A stretch of DNA of 64,000 nucleotides from Octopus bimaculoides (GCF_001194135.2 NC_068990.1:3120634-3184633), one strand, 5' to 3'; positions 25,700 through 38,509 are shown, numbered from the stretch's first letter. The notes: generated by a model not told the origin, from the sequence alone. Program-made: numbers and translations.

Positions 25700-26080
25700 A
25701 TAGAAGGTTTATATTGGGATAATCTCAAGATCTAAACTTCGCTACTCATGCGAGCACTCCAGCTTAATTTGTCGACAGTTTATCCTAGGTGTCTTGCGGT
25801 ACTTCATCCCACGAGGTTTTGTCCGAGGAACGTGTGTATGGTAGCTAAAGTGAAGGCTGATCAACAAATTCGACTAATTCAAATTTTTTTCTTTTTAAGA
25901 TGCGTACTGTGTTTTTCTACCTATCGGATAACAGCCAGCATATCATATTCGAGATTTGTCCAGTACCCTACTTCGTCGACGACATTCAGAAGGTTACAAT
26001 CGTCCGGGAAGAATATAACGTTGCTGTTTGATGACAAAGTTGTCCTGACTAAAAATACTGAATAGGAGTGGGCCCAATAT
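25700..26080 (-). mobile_element. CR1/L2-group LINE reverse transcriptase fragment
   Basis: The minus strand reads ILGPLLFSIF (end of the QGS.LGP.LF motif) then, after a frameshift, NSNVIFFPDDCNLLNVVDEVGYW (FADD-like motif). Degraded further on. Confidence 0.6.
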
Positions 26081-26127
26081 TGTGTGTATGTGTGTGTGTG
26101 TGTCTGTGTGTGTCTGTGCGTGTGTGT

Positions 26128-26209
<82 letters not shown>
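26081..26209. repeat. (GT)n microsatellite
   Basis: Seen directly. Confidence 0.95.
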
Positions 26210-26210
<1 letters not shown>

Positions 26211-26456
26211 TCTAATTTGTGTTCTATCTTTTGTTTCATGTATTAAACTACGGCTATCGTGAGGCACTGCTTTGACCCGATTTACTACAAACATTTGACT
26301 CATTTTTAGAAGTCTAGTACTTATACTATCGAACTACTAGCTTATGAGGACGTAAACAAAGCAAATCCGGCTAGCAGGTGGTGATGAGGAACTAATACAG
26401 GCACACAGATATACACAAGCATTATATTCATATATATATATATATATATATATATA

Positions 26457-26754
26457 CTGTTGTGTCTGGGGAGAGTCATTTTCTTATTGTGCCTTAAAAT
26501 TTAACACACATCATCGGTAAAATTTCCACTTATTTTTATTTTTTATTTTCCTAAAATTTTCGTTGCGCCTTGCAACCTTATGAATAGTCTTGACCTTACA
26601 ACCTTATAAGGTTGCAAGGTCAAGACTATTCAAAAGGTTGCAAGACGCAACGAAAATTTTTGGAAAATAAAAATAAAAATAAGTGGAAATTTTAACGGTG
26701 AGTGTGTTAAATTTTAAGGCACAAAAAGAAAATGACTCTCCCCAGACACAAAAG
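26457..26754. mobile_element. 298-bp near-perfect palindrome (fold-back MITE or inverted Penelope pLTR pair)
   Basis: Left arm CTGTTGTGTCTGGGGAGAGTCATTTTCTT... pairs with right arm ...AAGAAAATGACTCTCCCCAGACACAAAAG; centre ACCTTA|TAAGGT at 26606/26607 with no spacer; left flank is (TA)n. Confidence 0.85.
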
Positions 26755-29062
26755 AATATGCTTCAACACACGAAATCACATAAAAAATCTTGCAAACCAA
26801 ATCCAAAAAAGCTTCTTCCATCTGGTTATCGATACAATCTGCACCCGATATATATTGCAAGTAGGGAAGCGAACACCTACCATATGGACATTCATCATTC
26901 ACGTTTAGTGTTAAATTTCTCTGCATCTCGCTTTCACTCTCTTACTTGAAGTAAAGCATGACTGGAGTAGTCACTCAACCAATCAACCAACTAACAAGCC
27001 AACCAAACATCCAACCAATTACCCAACCAACCAGTATTTATATCAGCTATTATTATATAGAAATAAATGTTAAATCGGTCATATGAACTATATTAATTAT
27101 GCAAAGATATGAAGACATTTTTAGATTTACATTACAGTGAATAACTTTCATTAGATTTCCTACTTAGTCACGTCACTTTTTGTAGTTTTGACATGTGGTT
27201 ATTTCCGTTCCAGTTATGAAAGATTTTTGATTAAGAGTACATTAAGTTGTGATATTTTTCTGTAATATATCAGCCAACGCTGTATTAAGCACAATTTTCT
27301 TTGGTAATACGTTTTTAAGATTTGATAGAATTTTTGGAACTTTGCTTTGAGGAGAAATGTCAGTATTTTGAAACACAAACTTTCAAATTAAATGGACATT
27401 TGATAATGCATTTTATTTTCTATTTTTTATTTATGGCTCATAGTGAAGCTCAAACGATACAATATTACACCAATATAAAAGAACAAGCAACGTACTGCCA
27501 AATAACTAATATTCTCAAAATGAATGTCCTATGTAGACATGGATAACTGAGCTTTCATTACCTGCTCAAAACCCAACTCTATTCGTTGTTGCCACCAGAG
27601 AGACAATTACATTGAACGCTTATACGAGATAGTTATACAAAAAATATCCTTCAATAGATTAACTACATGCAAACAAAAACATTTGGAGCTTCAAAAACGA
27701 CATCTTCCTCGAAATTTAATGCAGTACAAATAGAAAATCGAGCTATATACCAGTGGATTTCGTCTCAATATTAGATTACCCATCAAAAGTTCATCTAAAG
27801 GCAAAAGTAATACTATCTATGCCCAAATTTACTCCGTAGATAATCTTTTTATATAAATCATATATTACGGAGTTAATAGACCTGCTACCTATGAAAGATA
27901 TAAAAAGTGCGATTACATGCACAATAGATTTATTATAGAACATTATCATAGAAATGTTCAGTGCCTTCGAATGAAAATTGCAGAAGTGAAAACTTGCGTG
28001 AAAGTTAATTATCTGGATTGCAAATTTAAGTAAAACTCATATAAATATTATAAATACTAAATGAAAATATTCACTCATAGTAACGTAGTCTCACACCAGT
28101 ATTCCACTTGGACTTTAAAATTATTATTAGCAATATGGGAAGAATAATTACGTATGAGTTTTCAAATAACAAAAATACAACTTAGAGCGCAGCCGTTAGG
28201 AAAGTAAATGGCATACTTTGTAGACACTGCTTTTAATATATTTATTTTGGTTTACGTAAAATTAGAGTAGGTGTAGAACTACTTCATCTCTTTGAGAACA
28301 ATGAAATGGAGTATGTGTTCATATTGTGATAATATTCAAAATGAGACGGTTATCATTTTTGTGACGAATGTTTTTTCTTGTAACAGGAAACATTCGTCAT
28401 TTTTCCTCATTTCTATCTTTCTTGTCTCGAGCATCTTAGTCACAAAATATATGTGATGTAATTTATTTATTTTAATATCATTTTTTTTCATTAGAAGAAC
28501 GTCGTTTCTGTCATTGCTTGTTTTTTTTTATCATTTTCTCGTAAAGGCAAACATATATACTGACTGTTCTTTTTCGAAAATGCATCATCTTCTTAAGCAT
28601 AGGTTAAAAGAGGCAGGACATTGACACAAATGGAAACATCACGTTGCCAGCCGAATTTTTCATTAACGAAATTAAAGTATAGAAAATACAATTTGATTAC
28701 GACGACCAAATTGAATTAAAGGCTTCAAGGGAATCGCAATATAGCTCACTATGAAATTAATAGTTTTATGTTTGTTACAATACATGAAGAGAAACATGTA
28801 TGTCAAAGACTAGATAATTTCACGGTCAACAATGAACAAAAGCTTCTTAACATCTCTTATATTAAAGAGATGTAATTTCACGGATTTCACCTGATTATCG
28901 TCGTACGTTTGTGGAATTTAAGTGGATAAATAATGTAATTATTGTTACACGAGAGCATAACATTTAAGTAGGAGTCAACAGTATACAGCATAATTACCAT
29001 GGAATGTGATAATTATGGGGAATTTGACATGAATTTAGTCGATACAAACACATGCATCATTG

Positions 29063-29293
29063 TTAGCATTTCAAATTTGACAAATTCCAATACGTCTTAA
29101 TTTTGCATTGAATGAGAACAAATTACAGAGGCAGACTCCGTACAAAATTTTATTATATTTCAAGCACAAAATATTTATTTCATGGGCAACTGTATTTTGT
29201 ATATTGGAAACTACAAATATGTGAATAGTTGTTATCATTGCAATGTCAAGCAAAATCAAAAACATTGTTTACGATGAAGTGTTACTGGAGTGA
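29063..29293 (+). mobile_element. Helitron Pif1-like helicase C-terminal remnant
   Basis: Translation QIPIRLNFALNENKLQRQT...(frameshift)LFHGQLYFV...KNIVYDEVLLE* follows the Helitron end pattern QFP.RLAFA.TINKSQGQT / FSHGQLYVA.SR / KNIVYKEVL. Weak similarity may extend upstream to about 28700. Confidence 0.7.
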
Positions 29294-29580
29294 ACAGCGA
29301 TTCCATTAGAGATCAACGATGCATCATTTACACGATTGGTTATATAATAAATGCTTTTATAGTAAAGAGACTTCAGAGAAAAGATAAAATAAAATCTCAC
29401 TAGATTATACTTTATATATTTCCAGCTTTGTATGTTTTTCTACGAAAGTTACTGTACAGGTGTTTGTGTTAGTGTGAGCGTGTGTGTGTGAGTATATTGC
29501 AGTCGTGTGTTAAATTTTCTTCCAAATATCTTAATATCCAAAACACTAAATCCGAAATCGAGCATCGGGAAGTGGCCCTG

Positions 29581-29612
29581 TACTACTATACTACTACTAC
29601 TACTACTACTAC

Positions 29613-29671
<59 letters not shown>
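29581..29671. repeat. (ACT)n(AAT)n microsatellite at the 5' side of the Dong cluster
   Basis: Seen directly. Confidence 0.95.
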
Positions 29672-29673
<2 letters not shown>

Positions 29674-30670
29674 CTACCTAACAAATACGAAGAAGAAGAA
29701 GAAGAAGAAACAACAAAAGCTATAAAACAAATGAAATCCAAACTAAAGCTAGAACAACAACGGACCATGATAAAACGATGGCAAGAAAAGCCCCTACATG
29801 GTAAATACTGGGCTAAACTAAATGCGAAAGAAATAGACAGAGAAAAATCCCAGCAATGGCTGAGAAGCTCAGGACTCAAAGCAGAGACTGAAGGATTTTT
29901 AATTGCTGCACAAGACCNNNNNNNNNNNNNNNNNNNNNNNNNNNNNNNNNNNNNNNNNNNNNNNNNNNNNNNNNNNNNNNNNNNNNNNNNNNNNNNNNNN
30001 NNNNNNNNNNNNNNNNNNNNNNNNNNNNNNNNNNNNNNNNNNNNNNNNNNNNNNNNNNNNNNNNNNNNNNNNNNNNNNNNNNNNNNNNNNNNNNNNNNNN
30101 NNNNNNNNNNNNNNNNNNNNNNNNNNNNNNNNNNNNNNNNNNNNNNNNNNNNNNNNNNNNNNNNNNNNNNNNNNNNNNNNNNNNNNNNNNNNNNNNNNNN
30201 NNNNNNNNNNNNNNNNNNNNNNNNNNNNNNNNNNNNNNNNNNNNNNNNNNNNNNNNNNNNNNNNNNNNNNNNNNNNNNNNNNNNNNNNNNNNNNNNNNNN
30301 NNNNNNNNNNNNNNNNNNNNNNNNNNNNACGTTTCTCGAAAAGAAATGGAAAAACTTTCAAAATACAAAGACCTGGAAATAGAGATAACTCGAATGTGGA
30401 GTCTAAAAACAGAAACAATTCCTATCATAGTAGGTGCCTTAGGTATAATTAAAAAATACTCAGACAAATACATAACAAAAATACCAGGACTTACAAATAT
30501 ATGTAACATACAGAAAATTGCACTACTGGGTACTGCACACATTCTACGCAAAACACTTTCAATACAGTAAACATAAAAGCACCACAGCAAGCCACAGCAC
30601 ATACCCAAGGCGCACAGAGCTGCGCTCGGTAGTGAAGTGAAAGCACGTTATAAAAATAAAACTACTGAAC
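29672..30670 (+). mobile_element. Young 5'-truncated R4/Dong-type element with complete 3' end (spans a gap)
   Basis: ORF 29482-30570 contains WQEKPLHGKY...WLRSSGLKAETEGFLIAAQD and the RLE C-terminus KEMEKLSKYKDLEIEITRMW...PIIVGALG...ALLGTAHILRK*. An approximately 100-nt 3' UTR is followed by (AAT)n. Confidence 0.9.
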
Positions 30671-30693
30671 AATAATAATAATAATAATAATAA

Positions 30694-31162
30694 AGTACAA
30701 AAAGGACATGCAGAAAGATTACGCAAGAAAGGACTACACAATCAATTCCATGTACTCACAACAGAAGTTGCTGCTCAAAATAGTGCGATTGGCAGATGAA
30801 AGGAACCCTGAGCAAAGTGACCGGGATCTGGCCACGAACTGGATGGTCAACCGCAGAGAGTGGCAGACTAGCAAAATCCTCTGGGATTTCCCAATCCAAA
30901 CAGATCAGGTGCTAGAGCATAACAGACCGAACGTAGTGGTGGTGGACAAGGTCCACCACAGATGCTACGTAGTTAATGTTGCACCCCCCTCTCTGACCTA
31001 TGAAAATCAAGAAGGAAAGCGAAAACCCTCTTAAGTACGAAATAGTCCGGCTATGATAATGAAGAAGGTGAAGATAGTGTCAATTATTGTTGGGTCCCTG
31101 GGAACAGTATCAGAAGGCACCAAGAGGAATATAAAGGAAATTGGAATAGAGTGCCCAGTAGA
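30694..31162 (+). mobile_element. Internally deleted Dong-like fragment, same subfamily as 3028-4378
   Basis: GATTACGCAAGAAAGGACTACACAATCAATTC matches the reverse complement of about 3410-3445; translation includes KILWDFPIQTDQVLEHNRPNVVVVDK (RLE PD motif region). Confidence 0.8.
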
Positions 31163-31935
31163 CAAGACCAAAGCCTCCCCACCAGAAATTACCAAAAACA
31201 CATAATGAAAAGAAATATAACAAGTAACTGTAGAATATGTGGAGATCGACAAGAAACAATAAATCATATTATCTCTGGCTGCCCAGTCCTGGCTAAGAAG
31301 GAATATATCCACAGACACCACAGAGCTGGGACCTATATACACTGGAAGCTATGCCAACATTATGGAATAACAACAGAAAAAAGATGGTATAAACACACGC
31401 CAGAAAAGGCCACAGAAAACGAGAAAGCAACCATACTCTGGGATATGCCAATACACACAGATAGAGAAATTAAGGCAAATANNNNNNNNNNNNNNNNNNN
31501 NNNNNNNNNNNNNNNNNNNNNNNNNNNNNNNNNNNNNNNNNNNNNNNNNNNNNNNNNNNNNNNNNNNNNNNNNNNNNNNNNNNNNNNNNNNNNNNNNNNN
31601 NNNNNNNNNNNNNNNNNNNNNNNNNNNNNNNNNNNNNNNNNNNNNNNNNNNNNNNNNNNNNNNNNNNNNNNNNNNNNNNNNNNNNNNNNNNNNNNNNNNN
31701 NNNNNNNNNNNNNNNNNNNNNNNNNNNNNNNNNNNNNNNNNNACATAACAAAAATAGCAGGACTTACAAATATATATAACACAGAAAATTGCACTACTGG
31801 GTACTGCACACATCCTACGCAAAACACTTTCAATACAGTAAACATAAGAGCACCACAGCAAACCACAGCACATACCCAAGGCGCACAGAGCTGCGCTCGG
31901 TAGTCAAGTGAAAGCACGTTATAAAAATAAAACTA

Positions 31936-31938
<3 letters not shown>
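31163..31938 (+). mobile_element. Second young Dong-like 3' fragment (spans a gap)
   Basis: CRICGDRQETINHIISGC knuckle, KKEYIHRH, ILWDMPIHTDREIKAN; the 3' UTR differs from that of 29672-30670 at only 3 of about 99 positions. Confidence 0.9.

Positions 31939-32001
<63 letters not shown>
31939..32001. repeat. (AAT)n spacer between Dong-like elements
   Basis: Seen directly. Confidence 0.95.
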
Positions 32002-32003
<2 letters not shown>

Positions 32004-33720
32004 AGAAAACTAGGAATCAGAAGAGGAATTTTCCAGGGTGGTAGCTTATATCCGTTGATTTTGATCTTTGCATGATACTCCTGACCTTGGCACTTGGGAA
32101 AATGAGCCTGGGGTACCAACTAAAGGGAAACTCCCAAAAAATCAACCACTTCCTTTTCATGCATGAGCTAAAACTGTTTGGCAAGGATGAGATACAAATG
32201 AGTCCTTTAGTGAACATGGTCCACTGTTTTAATGCAGATATTTGAATGTAGTTTGAACTCAAGAAGTGCGGAATAATCTACCTGAAAGGAGGCGAGGTAT
32301 AGTCCCTAGCAAGTATAGAATTACCGAATAGAGACTTGATTAAATATATTGAAACGGAAGGCTAGAAATATTTTGGTGTACTACAGGTAAAAGAGATAAT
32401 AGAGGAAGAAATGAAAGAGCAACTGACGATGGAATATTTCCGAAGACAAAATTGGTGTTGCGCTCAAAATTCACTTGATGGAATAACGTCCAAGCAGTTA
32501 ATACGTGAGCGATAGATGTGATGAAAGTGGATACCGAGGCCAGAAAAATGTTAACAGTACACGGAGCCTTCTATCCTAATAGTGATACCGACTGGCTGCA
32601 CTTGTTTAGAAAAAGTGGTGGGTGAGGTTTGATCAATTTCCTGGGCTGTATCGAAGCAGAGAAAAACAGCTTAAGGTGGTATATAAAAAATGCCGTAGAG
32701 TCACTGTTGAGAAATACGAAGAAAGCCGGCATTATCAAAACTGAAAATTGTATAACTAAGGAAAAATTTAAACAAGAATTTAACACAAGAAAATAAAAGC
32801 ATCGAAGGAAAAAAACATGTACGGTTAGTTTGCAATAAATGTGAACGCCAAGACACAGGTACCGTGGATTAGTGGTTATGGAAGAGGAGGGGTGACCTGA
32901 AGACAGAATCACTCATATGTGCAGAATCACTCAATAAAGTGTTATCATGTACATTGTTTTGTCTTTGTATAAAAGGTGGGCGACAGCAAATATTCTGCTC
33001 AATACCACAGATTTGCTTCTCAGTTGTTAGGCCTTATCCAGTTGAGCATGTCCCTTAGTGACTGACGATATGTGCATCTCTGATCATGAGCAGAAGTTGT
33101 GGGGGAGCATCGTAACCATGTGTTGAGAGGAATTCTTTGGGGTTGGGATAATTCACCTTTGGAAACATGGGTGTTTCGTTCAGCATCCTTAAACAACCCT
33201 TATTCAGGGACCTTTTGAGCGGGATGGGCTAATCGACCTGAAAATAATTCTAACTGGGCCACACCTGTAAGGTCATGCGCTGTTTATCTTGATATGAGAT
33301 CACTATGTCGTGCACATAAGGTTGTGATGCATGTGCCTGGTACACCCATATCAGACGGGTAATCATGATGGGTATACCAGACTTCTATATTTTACCCCAG
33401 TGTCATTTTGATGGTATGCACTTCTCTCTCAATCATTAATAATAGTAATCGCAAAACAACAATCAGAAGAGTCAGAAAATAGAGAAACCGATGGGCTATG
33501 AAGCTCTGAAGAGAGAAATAATAAGGCTATTGTTCATGTAAAGATTGTATAAATTTCAGATAATTGTTGGTGTGCTGAGTACAGCGACCCCAACAAAAGA
33601 AGAAATATACTACAAACGATAGGGAAAAAACGAAAACAGAGGACATCCAGAAAACATTACTTGGAAGTTCAAGGAGTGTTGGCAAAGGAGTCACGACAAA
33701 GCTCTTGTGATTAGGAAAGA
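32002..33720 (+). mobile_element. Older Dong-like element (RT to RLE), interrupted at 32924-33449
   Basis: GIRRGIFQGGSL (GIFQGDSLSP motif), NHFLFMHELKLF (decayed FMDD), KYFGVLQ, GDLKTESLICA; after the insertion IIVGVLST and DIQKTLLGSS-like RLE end. Confidence 0.8.
32924..33449 (+). mobile_element. Approximately 525-bp non-coding insertion with an AAT-like tail
   Basis: A GC-richer segment without a recognisable ORF sits between two Dong-coding segments and ends CTCTCTCAATCATTAATAATAGTAAT. Confidence 0.5.
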
Positions 33721-34219
33721 AATTACCATTTTAGTTTATGTGATGCGAAAAACTGGTACACTAATGGGGCCGTTTTACATGCGAGGACACTGAATCATTT
33801 CTCCAGCAAGTATCCCATAATATCACATCAAAAAGAAACGAAACCGATAAATAACTGATAGAATTATGAAAAGTGAACCGGGAAAATATTACTTTGTATA
33901 ATTTAAGGTGGTGCCCCAGCATGGCAGTGAAGACTGAAACAAATAAATGATAAAAGATGTGAATAGCTTATTACAGATGTTTATGGAATCCGGTGTTCCC
34001 ACACCACATATAAACATGGCCATGGAAATCAATACAATACTGTCCCTTGCATCAAATACAAAAGGGGTAAAATGTTTGCCCAACGGGAAACCTGATAATA
34101 TAAATAAAGAGCTTGACTTTGCTCCTTCAATCTCGTTACTAATCCAAATAATACATAGCTATGGCGCAAAAATGTTTCTATATCCCCAGAAAATGAAAAC
34201 AGAATATTATATGACTATA

Positions 34220-35180
34220 AGAGTTTGAAGGAAAATACTGCAGATTTAGATGCACTATAGAACTCCAACAGAAAAAGATACATTCTCCAAAGGAATATGG
34301 ATCAGATGTTGAAACGGGACATATAAAAGAATTAATGCATCACGAAAACGCAAGTAACGATCACGAGGAGTCCCAAAAACTATTAAAAAAAATGAAAACA
34401 CAGAGGATGTAATTCCCCACGATAGGAGACATTTGAAACAAACCAAGAACAAAAATATCATATTATATGTTCAAAATCCATAAGTGCACAGCAATGACCA
34501 ACAAAACTCGAAACAGAACTGCACACAGAGAAATATTAATGAAACGGAAGATTGAAAATGTGAGATTTGAAAGTGAAATTCGTTATGCTGACATCTTTAA
34601 TTTTTAAGAGGAATATATCTTCAACAGACAAATGTCTACACCTCTCAGGATTAAAATTCAAAAACAATGAAACTCATAACCGGTACTGCCACAAACGTCA
34701 ACATTACCACCCTAAATGATATAATGCATGTAGCAGCCAGTGTAGTGACAGAAAAGTGAATTTTCTTCAAATATAGTATTCCGTCAAACATACACAGGAC
34801 ATCGAAACTCAAGCAGACAACCCGAAAAAGAAATATTCAGAAAAGGAAGAAAATATTATAAATGGTCTCTCGATACCTAATAAAATCCATAACAAATCAG
34901 CGAAACTAAAATTCAGAAAAGAGAGACAAAACTATAGATATACATTATAGCAAAGACATGTAGTAGAAATCAAAGAAATTCTAACCCAAATGTTCCTCGA
35001 TAATCACAAACAAGTCGCCAAGGATTCTTTGAGCAAGACAGAACGTTCGGCTCCAATCAAAATCTAATCTATCAAGGATTTGGTGAAAATAATGTATAAG
35101 TCAATGCAGAACTCACAGCAAAAGTAGTAGATGAATTTTAAGAAAGTGTATGGGCAGAGGAAGTAACCTTCACGCACAAA
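34220..35180 (+). mobile_element. Old Dong/R4-type N-terminal (pre-RT) remnant
   Basis: Decayed motifs ITTLNDIMHVAASVVTEK, VVEIKEILTQ, QDRTFGSNQNLIYQ and F*ESVWAEE resemble the region upstream of RT in R4-clade ORFs. Confidence 0.55.
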
Positions 35181-35265
35181 AATAATCTTGTGTAAACAGA
35201 ATCAAGGCAACCGTAAGCGTCCATGACAACAACAGAATCAACCCGTATATATAGCGAGAGACATA

Positions 35266-35271
35266 CAGACT

Positions 35272-35359
<88 letters not shown>
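35266..35359. repeat. (GACA)n(GATA)n microsatellite
   Basis: Seen directly. Confidence 0.95.
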
Positions 35360-35360
<1 letters not shown>

Positions 35361-38300
35361 CGTATATATGTGAATCTATATGCATATATGTTAAACTGAC
35401 TGACAGATTACTTCTACAGGAGCAATATCTTTCCAAAGAGCTGCCATACAATTTCCCTATACGTATTTTCATTCAAAATATTTTACAATACTCGCGGATG
35501 TAATAAAAGAAAATTGTTCAAGGTAACGTATCCTAAAATCAGGTGCTTTTTCTAAACTAAATTCTTAACCAGGTAATTATGCTTATTCGGTTATTATAGC
35601 ACAGAATGAATTTGTAAACGTTTACGCAATCTTGTATTTTAGCTAGATAAAGTTATTAAAGGTAATCTTCTATAGTAGCTATATTAGCAGCATGTAAAAG
35701 AAAATGTGTATGCATGTATGCTTTTTTCTGCATGTTTCTGTGCGCGTGGTTGATGTTTCAAGTTTTTAGAAATATTACATAGACGTTAACATGTATTCAA
35801 TAAGAGCGCCGTCGTGTGCTTAATAAAATACAATAACAACAGATGAAATTCGCTAAATCAGGAAACTTTCTAGTCGTAGGCTATGTATTAAACGTTAAAA
35901 ATTATATTAAAGATTTGATGAAATTAAAAAATTCTCGTTTCAGTTCAAAGCAGGTCTAAAACAAATATTTCATAAAAGCCTTAAAATACTTTCTGATAAC
36001 ATATTCTCGGTGCCAATACTACATTTATTTTTCAGTTTATAAAGAATTCTCGAACCTTCCTTCTGTAGTTGTAAGTTAGAAGAAACTCGTAGGTTTAAAG
36101 ATGTCTAGATATAAGTATAATTGTACCAGTAAAGGAACGTGGAAAATGTAAAAGTGTTCGTACAATGCTATCTACACGCATTAAGATTGTTTTGGCGTCT
36201 GACAAGCTTGGCGTATTAAGTTTTTGAAGAATAATTCCACTCTTCTTCGCCTGGGAACAAAATAAATTCCATCGCATGTTGCGAGATAATTCTTCCGTTT
36301 TCAGAGAATATTTATATTATATAAATATATAACAGGGGGTTTCGACTGGGTGTGAGTGTGTATGCATGTATGTATATATATAACATACACATGGCTCACA
36401 ATCACATATTAGTATATAAGTCATGGTAATTTGTGAATTACAATAGTTAAATAGATAATAGATATACCATATACACGATGCTTATCAACGTGCCACGTGT
36501 AATTTAGTGAGGCTCCTTTAGATTCAGATTTCAAATCCCACCATAATCAACTTCATCTCCATCATTTAGAGAGAATACTAGAGTACCTACAAGTGATGTT
36601 TCACTATTGATATAATCCATAATGCATCCCAGCTGTGACATTGTGATCAGATTAGAATATTATATTTACTATATGCACCATTATATTAGATCAACTTCGA
36701 CCGGGGTCCACTTTGCTTTGCTTGTCATCTTTACAGAGTCCATAAAACAAATTCCCGTTAAATACTAGAAGGTATATAATTTACTACATCATTAATTCTA
36801 ATGTGTAGTCTTATGCCTACGTCAGAAATTAGAAGTCAATATTTTGTCACGTCTCTGTTTCTGAGTTCAATTCCGGTTGAGCTTTTCTTTGTTTTTTCCT
36901 TATGGGATCAATAAATCAAGTAAATAAAGATTTAATCAACTTAGACGTATCTTTCAAATATTGTAGAATATGTTTTTTTCTCTCTAAGTTAGATACCTAT
37001 ATGTAATGAAACTACTTTGTATTCTGGTTTACAACTCTTCAGAAGTGGTCTTAGTTTTTTATATATTTTCATTCGTGAAACTATACATCAGAAAAGAAAA
37101 TAGGTTAAATCAATCCGTTGTTCTTCTCTTGTAAAGCGCTTGAAAAGGTGTCAGTATGAGATATTTCATTAACTGTATGGAATATTATGGTATTTCGAGG
37201 CAATTATATGAGGGCGTCAACCAAAATTTTATTTCAAATGCAAGAAAAGACGCCACCATCTTCAAAATAGGTATTTCCTAAAAATAGAGCAAGGGGATCT
37301 ATAAGATGAATTGGAATAATTCTAAAATAGTTGTGTGTATGATGCATGTCAGAATAATGGAAGAGGTTTTAATAGTATTTAATAATTACTTCAATGATTG
37401 ATAGATCAAAAACATTTTTGTGTTTAAGAAAATAAAACGCAAGAAATATAGAAATGTTTTGTATAGCGTTAGTGACATATTTTATGAACATAGATTGTTA
37501 TATGAACCACGAATGACTCGATCTGTTTAACAGCAAATAACTGGGGCGACACATTGGTGCCTCGTACATTATTTCTCTGTATGTTACTTGGAAAGGGAAG
37601 AACTGTGCTAAGGTAAATCCTGTTCACAAAACACATTGTAATTTCTCATTCTAATTAGAAGCGACCGATCAAACCTATCTATCTCTCACACAAAACCTCA
37701 TTGATTCGTCTATTTCTATCGGACAAATGTAATTTTAACTGTCAGTTTACTAACAGGTATATCAAGGACATTTACAAATCAGGACGGTCAGAAAACTCTA
37801 CAATTATTTATAATCCCAATTTTATATATTCGTCAAGTACAAAAATTCTTCAATCGATCCAACAACATTTATCATTAAACCCATACAGCGAATATGACGA
37901 GGGTGCTAGCTTATAATATTGCACATGTTACAGTCGTAGTCTTCTATACATAACAACTACTACTATCACTATAGAAATACGCAACCGTATCAACAGCTTT
38001 AAATATCATGGTAGCAAAGAATTCCATTTACTTTTTAGCTTAAACAAATTCCACTGTTCTCCATTCCCTTGGCATATGTAACGTTAACGATGTCAGTACG
38101 CTTCAGTATACAAATTGCCTTCATACATTCCATTATTTTAATATGTCAAAACTACAAATTCACGTTCTTCAGAAAATAGTTCTTAGTACGAATATCATCC
38201 TTAGAAGGCAATTTCATGGATAAACCTGTTTTAGTATTTACCATTTTATTGATCTGATCCTTTGAATTTATGTTTTTGGTAGCTTACTGTATTGTTCATA

Positions 38301-38509
38301 GCTACTTCCCTGAATTTGTATTGCTTTATAGACATCGCTTTCTTAAGCCACATCAAACATAACAACATACTGAGTACATCAATTGCTTGTAGGATAGTTA
38401 TTGGGTCAGCTTGCTTTCTATTGTGTAATTCATGTTTTGAACTCCTATGCTTCCTTCGAAGATTAGTTTGCTAGTTTATTTCTCAGCTCTCGTGTACATA
38501 TATGGAAGT

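Noticed and set aside
37701-37916. ORF preceded by TACTAACAG
   Set aside because: The branch-point-like motif is too close to the AG and the peptide is unrecognisable.
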